A stretch of DNA of 64,000 nucleotides from Lama guanicoe. Its lineage: Eukaryota. The stretch's first letter is position 1; the number at the start of each line of letters is the position of its first letter. The stretch spans positions 12,165,175 through 12,229,174 of the forward strand of contig MU056000.1 of the NCBI GenBank assembly GCA_013239625.1, read 5' to 3'. The position numbers were made by a program, and so were the translations under genes. The notes under the pieces are model-generated. The model did not search any database. It saw only the letters and a list, made by a program, of their open reading frames with translations, and had not been told where the DNA came from. Shown one piece after another: positions 23,661 through 37,914 of the stretch.

Positions 23661-25261
23661 ACGATGTGGCACTTTCATGAATAAACATTCAGATTTCTGG
23701 AGAACTCCACTCTCTAGAAAGCCCACTTTTCTCCATCAGAGGACCGCAGGGAGGATGTGGCCAGAAAGAAAGATGGAAGCTGCATTTTCCTCTGGGGAAG
23801 GAAAGGGTCTTCCTTCCAAAGAGAACAGAGAACCACCTGGTTCCCTGGAGGATGCCAGACACCCTCCCTCAGCGCCTTGACCACAGACGCTGGCGCCTTC
23901 TTTCATGTCAACCGTCTGCAGAGGGGAGGCAGGCAGGGAGGTTGTGCCTTCCTCCTCTTGGTCTACAATGTCAGGCCTGCTAACAGTTAACTAATTGGAA
24001 GTGACCAAAGCCAGGCTTTTACTTTTCATTGTACATGCCATATAATGCATCAGATGAAAAAAAATTCAAAATGATCTGCATTTCAAATGCTTAAAACTTC
24101 CACCATTAAGTTAGGAGCACTTTGGAAGCTGCTCTCTTTAACTGCATGACAACTCCTCACACCTCACAGTCACACTTTTCTATCTTTAAATCAGACCTTG
24201 AGCTGAATCCCCCTGTCCCAAGATTGTTCAGGACCCTTCTCCTTGCTGACTGTAGACAGATCACTTAAATATAAATAAACAGTTGTCACCAGATTTGACA
24301 AGATCAAGCACACAGTGGTATATATTCCAACACGGCTCTAAGATTATAGGTGTCACTGTTGTCTTCCTCTCCAACATACAAAATGCATATACTTAAAAAA
24401 AGGGGGGGGGTTTCTATAGCTGAGACCATATTAAATACTCTAAGCAAACAGAGAGTAACCTACATTCCTTTATATGCCTTGGATCTGTTCTCAAGGGTTT
24501 CCTTAAACCTATGCTCACCAAGCACTTACTTTTTCTTTTTTGCGTGACCTTGATCTGGGAGCAGCCCCAGGGCCACGGCTCTGCCTCCTCTAACAGAGGG
24601 TGGGATGGTGGTCCTGGGGTCTGTGGTGACCCCTTCCCTTCACCCCCGTGCAGACCCCCCAGCCTCACCGCCACCGTCTCCATGCCGGTGTTCTTCGCTT
24701 TCAATTAACTCTATAATCAACCCCCCTTCTGCATCTCCGCTGCTCTGGCCTCACTGGCTCAGATTTCCCCAAAAGCCCCCTCCTCACTAATTCCACTTGG
24801 TCTCGCCTGTTCAGTCCCAGCTCCATATGTGACAAATGGACTTTCGAAGATAAAAACTCTCCTGCGTGAAACTCGTCAACAGCTCCCACGACCTACAGGG
24901 TCGACCCACAGGAATACTCGAGAAGAGACTTTGAGAGGCTCCAAAAAGGCGAACCAACACCCAAATCCTAATGCATTTCTCTCCTGACAGTGACAGAAGG
25001 GAGGTGCCTTCAGTCACTTACTTGCTTTTTGTTGCTTGTGCCCGGATTCGTGCCAAATGGTGCTTTCGACCTCCCTAAAACGGAAGTGTAAAACTACACG
25101 GCAACAACAGGAGCAGCTCCCGATGGTTTATTCAGATGAGGTGAAATCGTAGGGGCCCATCAGCAGAAATCACTACGGCCAGGGACAGCTTCATCTCTCC
25201 TCCCACTACCTTGATCACAGTGCGGATAATTCTGTCATTAAAACAAAGGCTGCACACACAC

Positions 25262-25677
25262 ACCCATGGACCTAGAGATGATCATACTAAGTGAACTCAG
25301 ACAGAGAAAGACAAATATCCTATGATACCGCTTTTATGTGGAATCTAAAAAAGAAAAAAAAAGGTACAAATGAACTTATTTACAAAATAGAAAGAGACAG
25401 ACTCACAGACAGAGAAAACAAACTTATGGTTACCAAAGGGGATGAAGGGGAGGGAAGGTTAAATTAGGAGTCTGGGATTAGCAGATACAAACTACTATAC
25501 ACAAAATAGATAAACAGCAAGGTCCTACTGTAGAACACAGGGAACTACACTCAGCATCCTGTCACAAGCTATAACAGAAAGGAATATGAAAAAGAACACA
25601 AGTACGTATCACTGACTCACTACGCCTGACCTCAGGAACAACACTGTACATCAACTACACTTCAATTAAACAAACAG
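25262..25677 (+). mobile_element. 5'-truncated LINE-1 3' end, same family as 7908-8340
   Basis: ORF2 C-terminus (atggacctagagatgatcatactaagtgaa) plus the shared 3'UTR; TSD aacaaaggctgca 25242-25254 / aacaaagtctgca 25678-25690. Confidence 0.85.
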
Positions 25678-26758
25678 AACAAAGTCTGCATGCATAAGAG
25701 ATTCCTTGAATAATAATGAAAGTTCGACAGGTAACATAAGTAAACAGGGCAACTGGGAAGGGGGGAGGTAGGAGGGGAGTCTAGCTGTGATGCAAAGTGA
25801 CGCAGAGATAAATGCAGAGAGAAACCTAAGAGCTGGGAGACCGTGCGCGTCCCACGCTTGTACCACTGATCACTCTGTAAAAAATTGTTTATTATTACTG
25901 CTCCAAAACCAGCCATCATAATTCCCTGCACTCTTAAGACCCTGGATACACGTGACTCTCAAACACAAGGCGGGGCCAGGTACTGGTTTCCACACGTTGG
26001 ATTCCAAATTCCACAAAAATAAATAGCCTAGTCATTTTAACGGCTTTTCAGAAATAGAAAGGATATTCTATTTTGAAACACATAAAGTTTTTTTTCTAGA
26101 CAGAAAAGTTCCACAGAACTCACCAAAAAAATACTCTTTCTTGCCCACTTTAATAATCTGGAACAGCTGCAATGCAATCCGCTTTCAAAACGCTGGGAGA
26201 ACCCACCGCATTGCTTCAGTGCAAAATCTACCAATTCAAGCTTTTCAAAAGGTAGAAGGGTCTAATACCTAGTATCTAGCCCCTCATCAAATAAAAGAAA
26301 AAAGTTTTTAAGTGTAATTATGAACACTACAAGTAACCTGTGGCCTCAGATGCACTCTGCTTGTAGATATACAGAATCTACGCTACTGCTGGGAAGTCAC
26401 TATTCCAACACAGGAAAAAGTGATCTAGACAGCAAGGTTTGGTCAACTCCGAAGACCTGAAGTCCTCAGCCTGGCCCTACCTGCCCTGGTCCACTGCTTG
26501 CCCCTTCCGGGCCAGAGATTCTGACCAGTAATAACACATCCTCTGCTACCCTCACATGATCACTATGTGGAAGTGCTATGTAAATCAGAGGGATTTATTA
26601 ACTTTGTTCATGAAAATAAAACCACAATGGTCTTCCATCATGTGGTCCTGGAAAAGCCGCACATAGACCAAGTAATCGGAAATGTACCAGGGAATCTGGC
26701 TCAAGTCAGTGTCATGGCCCACTTTCCTAAAGGGAAGAAGTTGTTAAGAAGTGGGAAC

Positions 26759-26946
26759 TAGATAGTAACTACTATATATAAAATAAACAAGGTCCTACTG
26801 TGTAGCACAGAGAACTATATTCAACACCTTGTGGTAACCTATAATAAAAATGAACATATGTATGTATATATATGACTGAACTATTATGCTGTTCACCAGA
26901 AGTTGACACAACATTGTAAACTGACTATACTTCAATTAAAAAAAAA
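26759..26946 (+). mobile_element. Short LINE-1 3'UTR fragment, same family
   Basis: aacaaggtcctactgtgtagcacagagaactatattcaa...gacacaacattgtaaactgactatacttcaattaaaaaaaaa; tgggaac on both flanks. Confidence 0.85.
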
Positions 26947-28809
26947 TGGGAACCACTAGCTAGATTTACTTCCCACCCACCATTCTCTTACCTCTCTTGA
27001 CTATCTCAGTTCAACATGGCCATAACTTACTTTCCCAAATCTTGACCTTGAAAGCAGATTCAGCTTTAAATTGCAGATATGCACACTCAACACTCCACCT
27101 GGGCGTCTTCACTTGGACACCCCTAAGCTCCAACTCAACACGCGAAGGCTGAGCTCCTCAAAACACCTGTTTCTTCTCACAGTCACGTCTTGACAAATGG
27201 CACCGTGGTCTACCCAAATGGACAGTCCAGGGATCTGGGAGTCAGCCTTTAAAAATTCAGCCTACTTGCCTCCCAAACTCAACCAAGCATCTGGATTTGA
27301 CCTTTTCTTATGTCTCATACTCCAACCCCCGCCCCAGGATTGGTTTGGAACCCTATCATTTCCCATCTGCTTTGCCGGTCACCTCTTCCCCCAGACTGGG
27401 TCCATTGCCTACAGCCAGATTGAGTTTTCCCAGAACTCACCTTTGACATTGTCCCCTAACAATCTTCACAAACTCAAGCTCATTCACTTACACACAGTGT
27501 CCTTCCTTGCCTGCTCCTGACCACCCTGCCAGCCAGCTGCATGCAACCTTCATTGCAGCATCTCATGGGTCCTGCAGCTGCACAAATGCATCATGCCTCA
27601 TCAAGCCTTCGCCCGCGCTGATCTTCTGCCAGGAATGAGCTACCCTCCGGCTTGGCCAAATTCCCCTAAAAATGCTTCAAAACTCAGTGCAACCAGTGTC
27701 TTGGCTGGGAATCATTTTCCAACCCCGTCTCACCATCTCCTTCGAGTGCCCACTCTGTGTGTTCCCAGTCAGTCCTTTTATGACACTCACTGTCGCCCTG
27801 AGCTGCTGTCAAAGGTTTGCCATGTCCGCCTTCACCAAGGAACTAGGAGGTCCCGGAAAGGCAGTGCCTTACGTTTATCCGATCTTTCAAGAAACAAGTA
27901 CTGAGAACAAGAGTGAGCGTGCATCCTTGGAGCCTCACACACAGTCTGGCACACAGGCAGGGCCAGAATCAACATAGATATGTTGAGGGCACACGAATGG
28001 ACCACCAATCCACCAAGCTTAAGTTCCATTTTAACTGAGTCCTAGTGCTCCACACCCACCTCCCAACAAAATGATTCATGATTGTTGTCCAATGAAACAG
28101 CCAAAACTCTTAAGCATTCAAGTTTGTTGAAAAGACAACTAGATCACAACAGATACCTCCAGATGTTGTTAAAGTCAAGCTCTTAAATTTAGAAGTGACA
28201 TTACCATTTAATCTAAGTGAATTTCTGACACATGTTCCCTCCTTGTTCAAAGGAATCTGACCCAAAAGAGAGGCAGGAACGGGGAGGGGGGATTAACAAA
28301 AGCAAAGTTCCTAATTGCCACCATCATGCGCTGATGTGGAAGTGGCGACTCGAGAGCATAAATGTTTGGTAAAGTTTAAAAATACATACAGTCGGACAGA
28401 TGGTTGCAATCATCTTTTGGCAACACTGGTCTAGATTTCATGTGAGAAAAAAAACCCCTGACAAACCACGCTGTGTTCAGCTGTTCCCGGTATGAGACAG
28501 ATGCCAAGCCTGCTAGCCATCCGGTCTTCCGGCCATCGTGAGAGGCGCGCTGTCACTTGACACTGGCTTTGGAGAGGGACAGAAAACAACCCCCCAAAAG
28601 TCTACTCTGGGAAGACAGGACTCAAGGCAATGAATCGCAGATTTCGATTTGCAAGCTCGAAACTGGCAACTCCAGGGCACAGTGTCCCGGGGGTCAACGC
28701 CGCAGGCGGCCCATGATTCCCCCACAGGTGAACTCAGGTCACCTGTCTACTGCCACCCATGAGTCTTTAACTGGCTGCTGCCCACGAACATATCTGTCAG
28801 GCTTCAAAG

Positions 28810-28918
28810 TCAATTCAGGTGGTGAGGATTGTGCAATACACACAAATACCAAAACCTCATATTGTACCCTTGAACCTACTATAACGTTCTGTGTAAATTT
28901 TACCTCAATTAAAAAAAA
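28810..28918 (+). mobile_element. Short old LINE-1 3' terminus
   Basis: tattgtacccttgaacctactataacgttctgtgtaaattttacctcaattaaaaaaaa. Confidence 0.55.
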
Positions 28919-30015
28919 GTGAATTAAAAAGTAAGCCTTTAAAGTCTTTTAATTAATATTAAATTTATGTGACAAAACACTTTGAAATTAAATTTTATAA
29001 ATTATTAACTAATTTTAATAATAAATCATCCTGTGATTTTTGGCCTATAACTCAAAAAAAAAAAAAGTTAATTCAGGAACAACAGCAAATACGTGTACAG
29101 ATTCGGTCTGGAGCGCCACCTACCCAGAGGAGGATTATTTTTGAAACACCTAAAAATATACTCGCTGTGAAGCATCTTCTGTGCTCACAGCTCCACTTCT
29201 TAAAATGGGCTCCTTTGATCTTGCTCTCTTCCCCATCTGTTCAGCAAGACCCACAAACTAACCCACGAGTGGGTGGAACAGAGCACGGCTTCCTCTGGAA
29301 CCGCCCCCAACACTCTAATTGCAGCCGAGCCCTGAGGTTCCCTGCAGTCCTCTCCCTGATGTGGTTTCCAGCCACTCCTTAGCGGCTGGGAGGGAGGCTC
29401 CCCATGCAATTGACCCAGAGCACGACCAACTCTATGATGGAGGGCACGTGTTTCCTCTTGCATTCGGCAGACGACAAAAGTGCCACACCACGGAGCTAGC
29501 GTGGCCGTCCCTGCACTCTGGACACAGAGCTCACGGTCAACACAACAGAAACGTCATCTGCAGTGGTCCACACTGTGCTTAGACGCTGGGGACATAATCG
29601 GAAATGACACAGGCTCCAGAGATGCCCCAGGCATCCTAAACCTTACTCATCTCACCCGCCCCATCTCCTGGAGGAGCCGCCGGGACAGTCAGCGGCATGT
29701 TCTCATGGTCGGGGGGCCTGACAAGGCTGGGAGTCCTTCAAGCTACCCCTGCCTCCTTGACCTCCTTCCCACTCATCTCGTATCCCACATCCCCTTGCTG
29801 GCTACCATCTCTACTCTGGTCCAAACTCTCGTCTCTCCGCTCTGAATTACCACAACCCTCTCTCAGCCAATCCACTCTCTAGATGCTATCACACCATTTC
29901 CCTCTCCACCCTTCTACATTTTTTTCTCAGGGAAGTTCTCTCTTCAAAAGCCTTTAACAAAGACAGTGTAGTCTCTGACCACCGAGCCCAAACGCTGCCG
30001 ACCTGCTTTAAGTAA

Positions 30016-30222
30016 GGCGGGGTTTCTCTGTGCTAGTGACATCTCGGGCCAGGTAACTCTTTGTTGTGGGGCTGTCCTGTGCCCTAGGGGTGTACAGCAG
30101 CTCCCTGGTCTCTACCCACTAGGTACCATTAGCATCCTCCGCCCTAACTGTGACAACCAAAAAATGCCTCCAGGTACTACCACATGTCCCCTGGGGGCCA
30201 CATCACCTGGTAGAGCACCACT
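30016..30222 (+). mobile_element. MER20-like hAT MITE
   Basis: gggccaggtaactctttgttgtggggctgtcctgtgc...ctctacccactag...tgtgacaaccaaaaaatg...atgtcccctggggg. Confidence 0.8.
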
Positions 30223-31513
30223 CCTTTTAAGGGTGTCCTGACCCCATCCTGCCTATCCTACTAATTGCTCAGTGTCCTCCCAACACACTCCAGACTCCAT
30301 AAGCAAAGGGAACTTCTCCCAGTTTAGTGAGGCCACATCAAGTTCAGTCTCAACTTTTCATCTTCATGTATGGTATCCAACCAGCCCTTCCATCTACTCA
30401 TCTCTCATCCCTCCTTTGTAGTATTACTGCCAGCCCCTCCATAGGGTCCTTCACCCACCTGTTTGTTCCCTCTCCCTACCTCTTATCTCCTCATACAACA
30501 CATACCCCTCCTCTACGAGTTTTTAGGGACTTACAGGTGTGGGTACTGGTCCTCCCAGGTCTCACCAATGGTGGGAAGAGACAAAGGAGGGTAGGACTCA
30601 TCAGACCCTCTCCAAGGTGCTGGCCCCCTGCAGCAGGAAGCCCGTAAAGAAATTCAGGGTGGAAGTTTGGGATGGGGTCCAAGGTTAGAGCTGAAGTGCT
30701 GGGCAGAGTTGTCATCTGGGAGTCGCCAGAGGCTGGGAAAGGCTGACAAGGTGGAGCATTAGGCAAGAGGGCCTGGAGTTCCGGAAAGGGAATCCAGCAT
30801 GAGGGCATAAAGGCAGGGGTTCATTCAGGGCACTTAGGAAAGAACAGAGCTGCTCTAACCCGGGGGTCAGAGCCAAACGACCAGCGGCCAGGCTGGAGCC
30901 ACACAGGCTTACGGACACTGACACAGAAGTCTGAACAGCCCCTGCGCCTGGAAGGAGTTCCAGGCAGGAGCTTTCCAAATAAAGACTTGGTGGTGTTCGA
31001 TGAGTAAGGTGGGGAGAGAGGTACGGAGGTTAGTCAAGTTCCTAAGGCCTTCACTTGCCATTTTACTGTAAAACAGCCCTGTCAGATATAAGGGTTATAA
31101 CATCTGACCTTTAAAAATTTTTTTTTAAATTGACACATAAAAATCAAGTGTTTAATATAGAGCCCAAGAGGAGGTGAGTGGCGAAAAGTGGACTCAACTC
31201 TGATTTGTCTCCTAAGCACTTCACCTCTTTGTAGCTCTCCACCTCCATTTGAATGCAGGATGCTTGAGGCTAGAAGAAATATTTTCCTGAGGTCTGCTAA
31301 AGACCTCAGACAGTAAGGGTGGCCCTCAAGGAGAAAAGAAAGTTAATTGTCCTTCTTAGCACAAACAACAGACTCCTCTACCCGGATACGGGTCTGCTTA
31401 CCAGCGAACTGTATCACTTAGGATCAGCAAGCCAACAGATAATGCATGATCTGGAGCGGTGGGGGGGACCCGCAGGACTTCCTTCTCTATAACAGGACTC
31501 AAAGAAGGGCACC

Positions 31514-32082
31514 TACGGCAGGCAGAGCAACACACCACTCCCCTGCCCCACCAAGATGCCCACAACTAGTTCCCAGGACCTGTGACTACGTGATGTTGCA
31601 GGCAAAGGGACTCTGAAGATACAGTTAAAGCTGTAAACTCTTGAGACTGGGGATTATCCAGGTGAGTCCAATCGAACTGCACGAATCTTTAAAAGCTGAG
31701 AACCTTCTTGGCTGCAGTCAGAGATGGGCAGGAGGAGGAAGAGATCTGAAGCACAAGAAGAACTCAATCCACAGTTGCTGGCTTTGACCTTAAAGGAAGG
31801 GGCCCTCCAGCAGCTGGGAACAGCCCTCAGGAGACAGCCAGCAAGAAAACGAGGACCTCAGTCCTACAGCCCCAAGTAACTGCCCTCTGCCAATACCAGC
31901 AAAGAGCAGAAAACAGGTCCTCCCCTAGAGGCTCCGGAAAGGAACCCTGTCCTGCTCGCACCTGGATTTTAGTCTGGTGAGATCCCTTCCAACTCTTCAC
32001 CTACAAAACTGCAAGAAAATTCACTTCTGTTAAGTTGGCATAGTTATGGTAATCTGTTATGCCAGCAAAAGAAAACTAACAC
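31514..32082 (+). mobile_element. MLT1D/E-like MaLR solo LTR
   Basis: ggcaggcaga...ggcaaagggactctg...ggattatccaggtg...acagccagcaagaaaacgaggacctcagtcctacagcc...gcaaaagaaaactaacaca. Confidence 0.8.
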
Positions 32083-34253
32083 AGCACCTGTGTTATGTGT
32101 CATTTTTTTCTCTCTTTTAATAATAGGGACAAGCATCACTCAGAGCCAGGATCAAAGGTGAAAAAGCTGCGCTTCTCTGACAGGTGGTGGTTTTGTCTTG
32201 ATGGGGCAGTGTCTGACAGCTACTGGCACCCACTCAAATCGCTTCAGCAATGATGAGATAATCCAGGTGGCTGCTTTATGGAGAATAATACAATTATCCA
32301 GGTCCCAAAAGGAAGGTATGGACAGGTCTAATTAATTAAACTGAGTTGCAAATTGGATGTACAAAAATCCTATGTCTTTCCTGCAGAGGGGAGGAAAAAG
32401 ACATTCATTCCAGGAAAAAGGACCAAGATCCTATTCATGGTTTATTGGGCAATTTAGCTGTCAGGTTTAAACATCACTATCCTGAAAAGGGGAGGTGGGG
32501 AGCTTTTTAAGCCTCTGCCTTTTAAACCCCTTGGATAATTTTTTCTCCCTAATTCACCTACTTTTTCTTCACTATTAAATGTGTAACAAGAACTTGCATC
32601 TACAGACAGAAGAGTATAAGTTCTGAAATATTCACCTATAAGAGCCATGTACCAATGTAGAAATTTTAAATCTAGCTTCACCTTTATCATCAACTAGGTT
32701 CTTTCTAATACACATGGAATTTGTTTTACTGTTATTATCGGAGAACTACCAGGTGCCTGGCACTGTCCTTGGCTCCGGGAAGACAAACTGAGCAAGGAAA
32801 CTGCTGTGTGCACAAAGTTTCATGGCGGTGCCAAATACTTGATACCAAAGGCACAGGCACAGTACATGGTTACCTGGACACCTGCATCGTGCAGGTCCAC
32901 GGGAAGGAGGAGACACAAGTCACCTTCGAGGAGATTTTTGAGATGGGAACAGAGAAGTAAATGCACGTTAATTCTGTGGCCCAGGCACAAAGTAGACTAG
33001 ATAGCCACTTTCACATCAGCACGTGTGAACGCTACCTTTTCTGAGAATCATACAGAAAACAGTCATCGAAGGACTGAGTGTGAAGCAAGCTCCGCCAGTC
33101 AGAGGACTAGAATGGGACGAATTTCCCAAGACGAGGCTGCCTGAAAACATCTGGCAAATGTCAGGTCAATCTGGCCAAAATGACGCTTTCACAATATAAA
33201 AAGAAAGCATATAAGTGTACCTTTTTTTTTTTTAAAGCTGGGGAGAATGTAGCATTAAACCCACAAATATCTAATTCCTCCTCTTTCCCTATCCTCCTCG
33301 TCTGGTCTAAGGACAGGTAAATTAGAAGAACCTCAGTACTAAGAGTGCCTTGAGTCTCACCTGCTAGCTCTACCACAAAAAGGCTGATATGATTATTCAT
33401 CTTAGTTACAAGCATATTGGCCAAATTAAATGTTAACTGCTAAGGAACAGAAATTACTAAAAGATCAAAGGTTTTTCCAACATCAAAATTTGGAGTTTTT
33501 AAAAAAAAACCTGAATGTAAACTTGACAAGAAAAACAAACATGTGTAAGCAGCTGCCCAGTTTTCTATAAAGACCTGCAAACAGGCAGATGAAAAGATAA
33601 AATCTGCAGATCATTTTTTGACCAGTAATTTAAGTACTTTAATGTCAAAAAGCGATTACTATAGAAGTGATTTTTGAAGATCACTTTCAGAACATAGGTA
33701 CCGTCACACTTCACGGAAGTGGAGAGAAAACATGTGTGGCTGCCTCGGCGGGACAGGGCTCCCATCAAAACAGCAACCCCACAAATAAGGTGGGCTCTCC
33801 TGATTCCAGATAGCCCCTTAGATGGGCTCCAGAACCAGAAAAAAAGGGAAAACTCATGAAAGGAGAAAAATCAAGAAAGCAAAAATAGCTTAAACTCAGG
33901 TCTGCCTATTTGCAAATCCACATTCCCCATCTCACCCCCAGCCCTCAACTGAGGAAGTCAAACCATTCCGCGTGATTTCTTCATGTAACAGAACACTTAT
34001 GAACAGGATGCACTTACACAAAGAAAGAGGCCGAATTATGCATCGACAGAAAGTCGTCCCCCGCTAATAAAATCAAGGCAGTAAGCACAAGAATGATTTA
34101 TGGAACCACGTCTCTAATTCAACGGAACACCTGAAAATGCAGCTTTCCTCAGATTCACCCGAGGCTGTCAAGAGGAAATCCTCTCTGAAAACACAAATAC
34201 ACCTTCATTCAAACCAGAGGGAATTTTTTTAAGGGAGTTAAAGGGGAACTTAC

Positions 34254-34412
34254 GTAGATCTGATTTCTCCTGTATCGCTGGTACAAGTTGTGCATGATGG
34301 CGCCCCCGTGGAGCTCGGTCAAGGTGGCCATGTCATCCACACCCTCCTCATCCATGGGGTGCATGGCTGTCACCTTCTGGTGTGTGATTGTGCTCTGCTT
34401 GTAAGTGAACAC
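34254..34412 (-). CDS. MYO10: MYO10 exon 3 (159 nt): VFTYKQSTITHQKVTAMHPMDEEGVDDMATLTELHGGAIMHNLYQRYRRNQIY
   Basis: Acceptor ...ccccaccccaatcag|GTG, donor TAC|gtaagt, phase 0/0; myosin N-terminal 'VDDM..L..L' motif. Confidence 0.97.
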
Positions 34413-35201
34413 CTGATTGGGGTGGGGAGGGGAATGAATTCAACTGTTTAGTTATCAGCAAGGAACAGTTTCCACAGACGTTTCCCCAACTTATAATACA
34501 ATCCCAGTATAATTTCAGTAACGGGATCCTGAACCTGTCAGTAAAAGACAGACTGCAGAGAACTCTTTCAGATCCTTCCTGCCACCTACCTATTTTTAAA
34601 TTATTCTGACAGCTGCTATTAGATATTCCTAAATGGCAAGTTCAAGTACTAACCATCCTTTGGGAATTGCAGAAATTATACATTTACAGTTCATGTCTCT
34701 CCCACTGATCTGAAGCAGTAACAATTAAGAGACTGGCTCCCCAAGCTTTCAGAAAGTAATCTGATTTCACTCCATAATGTTTCACATAGGATTGTATGAT
34801 GTATTTCAAAGCTTCCTAACAAAGCTCTTCATTCTAATAAGTGTTACATAAATTCACCATATAGTCTGTATATTTTCTCAGAGATGGGAACACATCTTCT
34901 CAGGAATGCCTGAAAAATATCCTTGGACACGATCCCTCCTCAGTCGTGAATATACAGCATTCACGTGATTGTTAAGCAAAACATATCCTCTCAGATTTAA
35001 AATACAATCAGTTTGTCGGCTTGACAGCCTGTCTTCCTTATAATTTATCCCAACACCAGTGACAGCCCTGCATGCATGCTGTAGCATGTATAGCACACAA
35101 CTCTGGTATTATTGTAAGACTGGTTACTGAACTTGCGTGTATTTCTAAAATCTACCCAGGGCTCTTTTATCACCACTGATTGGGTAGAGGATTAACCACG
35201 T

Positions 35202-35220
35202 CAGCACCATCTGTTGGCCA
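35202..35220 (-). promoter_or_regulatory. Candidate CTCF site TGGCCAACAGATGGTGCTG
   Basis: Matches CCAnCAGATGGyGCT, 0.8 kb upstream of exon 3. Motif only. Confidence 0.55.
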
Positions 35221-37914
35221 GTTTGACCAGCTCTACAAAACTGTGCATCAATCAATTATGGAAGCTATTCCATATTTCTTCATGGTACGCTTTTGCTATA
35301 GTCACCCTTAAAACAGATTAAAAACACCAAGATGTAAAAGCAAGATGTAAACAACACGAAAGATGTCCAGTCTTCACAAGCACACATATTCGCATGTGCA
35401 CACACGCCCAAAACAACTTTCTGGAAGAGTGTTTGCAGACTGGGGGACTCTATTTTTAAACAGTGACCGGTTGCCTACATGGCAGCAAATGGTATGTTAT
35501 TGCAAAAGGGAATGACACACTAAGAAAAGCAAAAGTACCAATCCAATGGTTTCCATAAGCCATGAAAAGTGGCACGTTTTATTTTTCTGGAGACAAAATG
35601 AAAACTTCCGCAGGGGCATCTCTGCCACAGGAACCACAAGAGCTGGTCAAAACCAGTACTGAGAAACTGCTTGAGGCCAGGGCAGACACCAACCCTCTCT
35701 TGTGAGGTCCAGCCAGTTTCCCCAGCTGCTTCCTGGGCCCAGACATCCACCAGGAGATGTGGCAGCCCCAGCAGCCCCACCTCATGGCGAGGTGGCCACC
35801 CAGCCACGTAAGCACCCCAAAGGGCAGGACAGGCTGGGGGCGGCTGAGGGAATGCAAGGTGGGGCCAATCCAGGCAGGTGTTCCAGAAACACAACTGAGC
35901 AGGGTACTTGCGTCTTCCATCTACAGCCACTGTGAGGCTGGGACTGGAGCAGAACCCATCCCATCTGGCCGCACTCTGGCCAGCGGAGGGGTGCACATGG
36001 TGTTGTGTCCCCCTCCGCCCCCAGCACACCCAGAGGGTCTCCTCAATCCACCTGCTCAGTACTCCTGCCAACACGAGGGCAGGGTGGTCACATGGGTTCC
36101 CCAGGAAATACTCTGGTAGGAAAGTCAGCGCAACAGTCTCTTGTTTAAGCCCCTGAAGACCCACCATCAGCAAGTCCTTCCCAACGTGAACCTTTTTTCT
36201 ACTTTTTGTAGAAATATTGTCTGAGTATACTGAGAAGCCCAGAATTTGAGAACAGATTTAATTTAGAAGATTAAAACTGCTGTTTGCATTTATACTGAAT
36301 CTTCTTTTTGGAAATGACCCTACACACCCTACAAAACTTAGACACTAAAAGATATACATATAATGAATATTACATCATATGTAAACATTTCCTTGTCTTT
36401 TTTAGTGCCCTGGAAACAGCTAGACAATGTGTGAGCCCAAGTAAACAGCTCAGAGCTGGACTCATGAACACTGAAAAAAAGGGCTATAAACTGTGAATTG
36501 AATTCCCCACATTTGTACATTTGACCTCTCTGTATGTTTTCAGGTGCACACTGTGTGTCAGATGTGGGCACGTGGCCATATTCCAGGAGTAAGAAAATCA
36601 AGAGAACCAGAACTCTTCCTTCTCAAGACCTCAGAGAGACAGAATCATGATGGAAGAGTTACATAAACAAAACAAGAGGCTGTGAACAGGACAGAGAGAT
36701 ACATTATGCCAAGACAGAGGACTGGAGCTGCTCAAAGCAATGATTATCTCAAAGTGAGAGAACAGAGAAAATGTGTTTATGAAAGAAAGGCAGGGAGAGC
36801 CATCCATTCAGAAATGGGTTAGTATCTGTAAAGATTTTAGAGTGGTGCCTGGCACAGTGATACCTCATAAATTAATGATGAAAATCCATCCATTCAAGCA
36901 AATATTTACTATTGTGTCAGTAAGTACCAAGAGGGGTTACTTTATGCTAAGTGTTCGAAGACAGCCTCACTGAAAAGGTAACATCAAAGTAGAAGCCTCA
37001 AGGAAGTAAGGAATGGAACCAGCCCCCTGCATTGTGTGTTAAAGCGTACTGGTTAAATAAACACCTAACCTGGAAATATCTCAGAGGCTTAATCATTCCA
37101 CAATCATATTTAAGATTTTTTACGGCAAGCCCCCTTGAACGATCAGAAGTCATTTCTATGCAACAATGAACAGGATTAATACAGTTGCACAAGACTATCC
37201 CCAAACAGCAAAAAAGAAAATTCTAGGTTTAAAGAATGGAATTCATTTTACAGGAATTTGGGGGGAACAGACAACAGCCAAAAGACTAACAAACTGAATT
37301 CCTCAAAACCCAACTCAAAATAAACTGGGTTACTTCAGTGGGGCATGTGCTCTAAGACAGGTGGTAAGGTTAAGAAATGGAGCAAAATATAGAAGATTAA
37401 TAGACAGGAAATCAGTTTAGAGAAAGTGGGGCCTCAGAACAAACAGCTCCTGTTAGAGAAATACAAGCCACCGGTCACAAGATGGACTGGATTAAGCGTG
37501 GGAGCGGAACAAAGGAAACCAATCAACACCATTAGAGAAACAGCTCAGAGGAGGCTTGCCTGACCCTGGGTCCACTTCTGTAAGAAAAAAGGAGAAGTCC
37601 TGAAGACAATTAATTAGATAAAAAACAGCTGGGCCATTACCAATCCCCTTTTATCTTCATCTGATGATAGCACGACTACTGCAGGAAGCCACCGTCACAC
37701 TTATGTGAGTTTCTGCAGTGCAGAGTGACAGACACACAGATTCCCCTTAGGAAAACGGGACATTTGTTAGGAACCCATAAAAATCTAACTTTTCTGATTG
37801 AAGAGAAAGAAAGAAAGAAAATAAAAAACTATCATATCCTCTCTTGATGGACAGATGAGACAGAAGGTGTTCTCAGTGTGGGCAACTTCATCTCACACAA
37901 GCCTGGAATTTCTT

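Noticed and set aside
35520..36173. Longest ORF (217 aa) and overlapping ORFs
   Set aside because: Non-ATG start, no recognisable domain, GC-rich intron open in several frames; consistent with chance.
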